DNA of 9,056 bases from contig NW_021828032.1 of NCBI RefSeq assembly GCF_006345805.1, positions 1-9,056 of the forward strand, in the 5' to 3' direction. Of this stretch, positions 7,723-9,056 are shown piece by piece. A model generated the notes under the pieces. It was not told the origin of the DNA. It saw only the letters and a list, made by a program, of their open reading frames with translations, and ran no database searches. The position numbers and the translations under genes were made by a program. Origin of the DNA: Octopus sinensis. Taxonomy: Eukaryota. How positions within the stretch are numbered: position 1 is the stretch's first letter; each line of letters opens with the position of its first letter.

Positions 7723-7769
7723 GTGTGGTTTGTGTAGAGAGAGAGGAGAGAGAGAGAGAGAGAGAGAGC
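7620..7769. repeat. Compound microsatellite (TA)n-(AGAT)n-(AG)n
   Basis: Directly visible. Confidence 0.93.
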
Positions 7770-7941
7770 AAAAGTAAAGAATAAAACAGAGGCTGCAATA
7801 ACAGATAAGTGTGGAGAAAATGGTGAATCAACAACAGAACTCGTAAAAGGGCTAAAATCTAAAATTATGTTGTTCTGGTGAAATCCAGAGGAATTGCACC
7901 TCTTCAAAACACTTCCCAGGTTGACAAGTTTTTGGGGTTTT

Positions 7942-7952
7942 ATACTTACCTG
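7942..7952 (-). other. Perfect 5' splice site CAG|GTAAGTAT (exon ends at 7950)
   Basis: Plus strand ATACTTACCTG is the U1 snRNA 5' end sequence, so the minus strand is an 11/11 U1-complementary donor. Confidence 0.6.
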
Positions 7953-8029
7953 AGTAATTGAACTTCACTGTGAACATGAATGAATGAAAGCAGTTCTCGC
8001 AAATGTTTAAGATTTACAGCAGAGATATT

Positions 8030-8078
8030 TCAGAATTTCCTGTCTCTGACACTCATGTACGTCACGTCAGAATTTCCC
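8030..8078. promoter_or_regulatory. Candidate regulatory motif cluster (two kappaB-like direct repeats around tandem CRE half-sites)
   Basis: TCAGAATTTCC at 8030-8040 and 8067-8077, and ACGTCACGTCA at 8059-8069. It lies 80-130 bp upstream (minus strand) of the donor at 7950. Motif match only. Confidence 0.3.
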
Positions 8079-8492
8079 TATATCATTATCTCCTAAAATC
8101 TGATACATTTCCAATATTTATAACTGAATGAAACGGAAATATTAATTTTTAATTCATTTTTTCTTTACTTTTTCATGATCGGATCAAAATTTTATGAATT
8201 TTATTGTGAACACGCAAAAATAATTTTTTTTTAAATATTTTTGATAAATATAATTTTTTTCTAATATTCCCAAAGATGAATTTTTCTTCTTTTGTTTTGT
8301 TTAGTTGGTTTTCTCCATTAAAAACGATACATATATTAAAATCTTAAATTGGAATTTAAGCCTTGTTTACAATTGACTTGAAGCATTTAAAAATTTCATT
8401 TACACGATGCAAGGTAAACCGATTTGTTTTTTTTTATTTATTCATTAACTTTTTTCGTTCAACCAATTCCAAGAAAAGTTTTTAAATGGCTG

Positions 8493-8518
8493 AATAATAT
8501 AATAATAATATAATAATA

Positions 8519-8555
<37 letters not shown>

Positions 8556-8590
8556 CAATAATAATAATGATGATGATGATGATAATAATG

Positions 8591-8625
<35 letters not shown>

Positions 8626-8709
8626 TATAATATAATTATATAATAATAATTATAATAATAATTAATAAAATACTATAATAATATAATAATGATAAATAAT
8701 AATATAATG

Positions 8710-8745
<36 letters not shown>

Positions 8746-8899
8746 TGATAATAATGATAATATAATAATAATTATTATTAAATTATTATATTATAATAAT
8801 ATTATAATAATAATTATAATAATAATAATAATAATATAATAAAATACACAACAATAACAACAACAACAATAAAAAACAATAATAATAATAATAATAATA

Positions 8900-8938
<39 letters not shown>
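8493..8938. repeat. (AAT)n trinucleotide array, ~445 bp, with GAT/AAC/ATT variants
   Basis: Directly visible. Confidence 0.97.
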
Positions 8939-8940
<2 letters not shown>

Positions 8941-9056
8941 GGTTTCATCCTGGCTGCTCAAGATCAAAGCCTATTAACCGGAACTACCAGACCAATGTGA
9001 TGAAAAATGGAGCAGACCCAAAATGCCGATTCTGCAACGACATGATTGAAACAGTG
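8939..9056 (+). mobile_element. 5'-truncated R4/Dong-clade non-LTR retrotransposon (region before the RLE endonuclease, with the start of the CCHC knuckle); runs off the window
   Basis: GFILAAQDQSLLT (8941-8979), then a 1-nt frameshift, then RNYQTNVMKNGADPKCRFCNDMIETV (8979-9056). This matches the AAQDQxLxTRxY...CRxC...ET motif of R4/Dong ORFs. Confidence 0.88.

Noticed and set aside
7942-7952. U1 snRNA gene (ATACTTACCTG)
   Set aside because: The downstream sequence lacks U1 stem-loops and the Sm site; it is better read as a minus-strand splice donor.

Overview
This is AT-rich, repeat-dense eukaryotic genomic DNA. The SINE families and microsatellite load resemble Octopus (coleoid cephalopod) DNA; that is recognition from memory, not a database result. 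Most long ORFs in the supplied track are microsatellite artefacts. The window holds: (1) long (TG)n, (TATG)n, (AGAT)n and (AAT)n arrays; (2) a ~232-bp tRNA-derived SINE present as one monomer and three multimeric clusters, plus fragments of two other SINE types, one CORE-like; (3) a heavily decayed R4/Dong-clade non-LTR retrotransposon RT region interrupted by a SINE cluster, and a better-preserved 5'-truncated R4/Dong-like fragment starting exactly at the end of an (AAT)n array; (4) a probable 150-nt coding exon and a perfect splice donor on the minus strand, suggesting most of the window is intronic. The most unusual observation is that the SINE forms head-to-tail multimers of a fixed 184-bp unit with the same junction position at four places, and one dimer lies inside a single 16-bp target-site duplication. 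There is also an unexplained hairpin island at 1681-1800. No prokaryote-type system, CRISPR array or convincing ribozyme was found.
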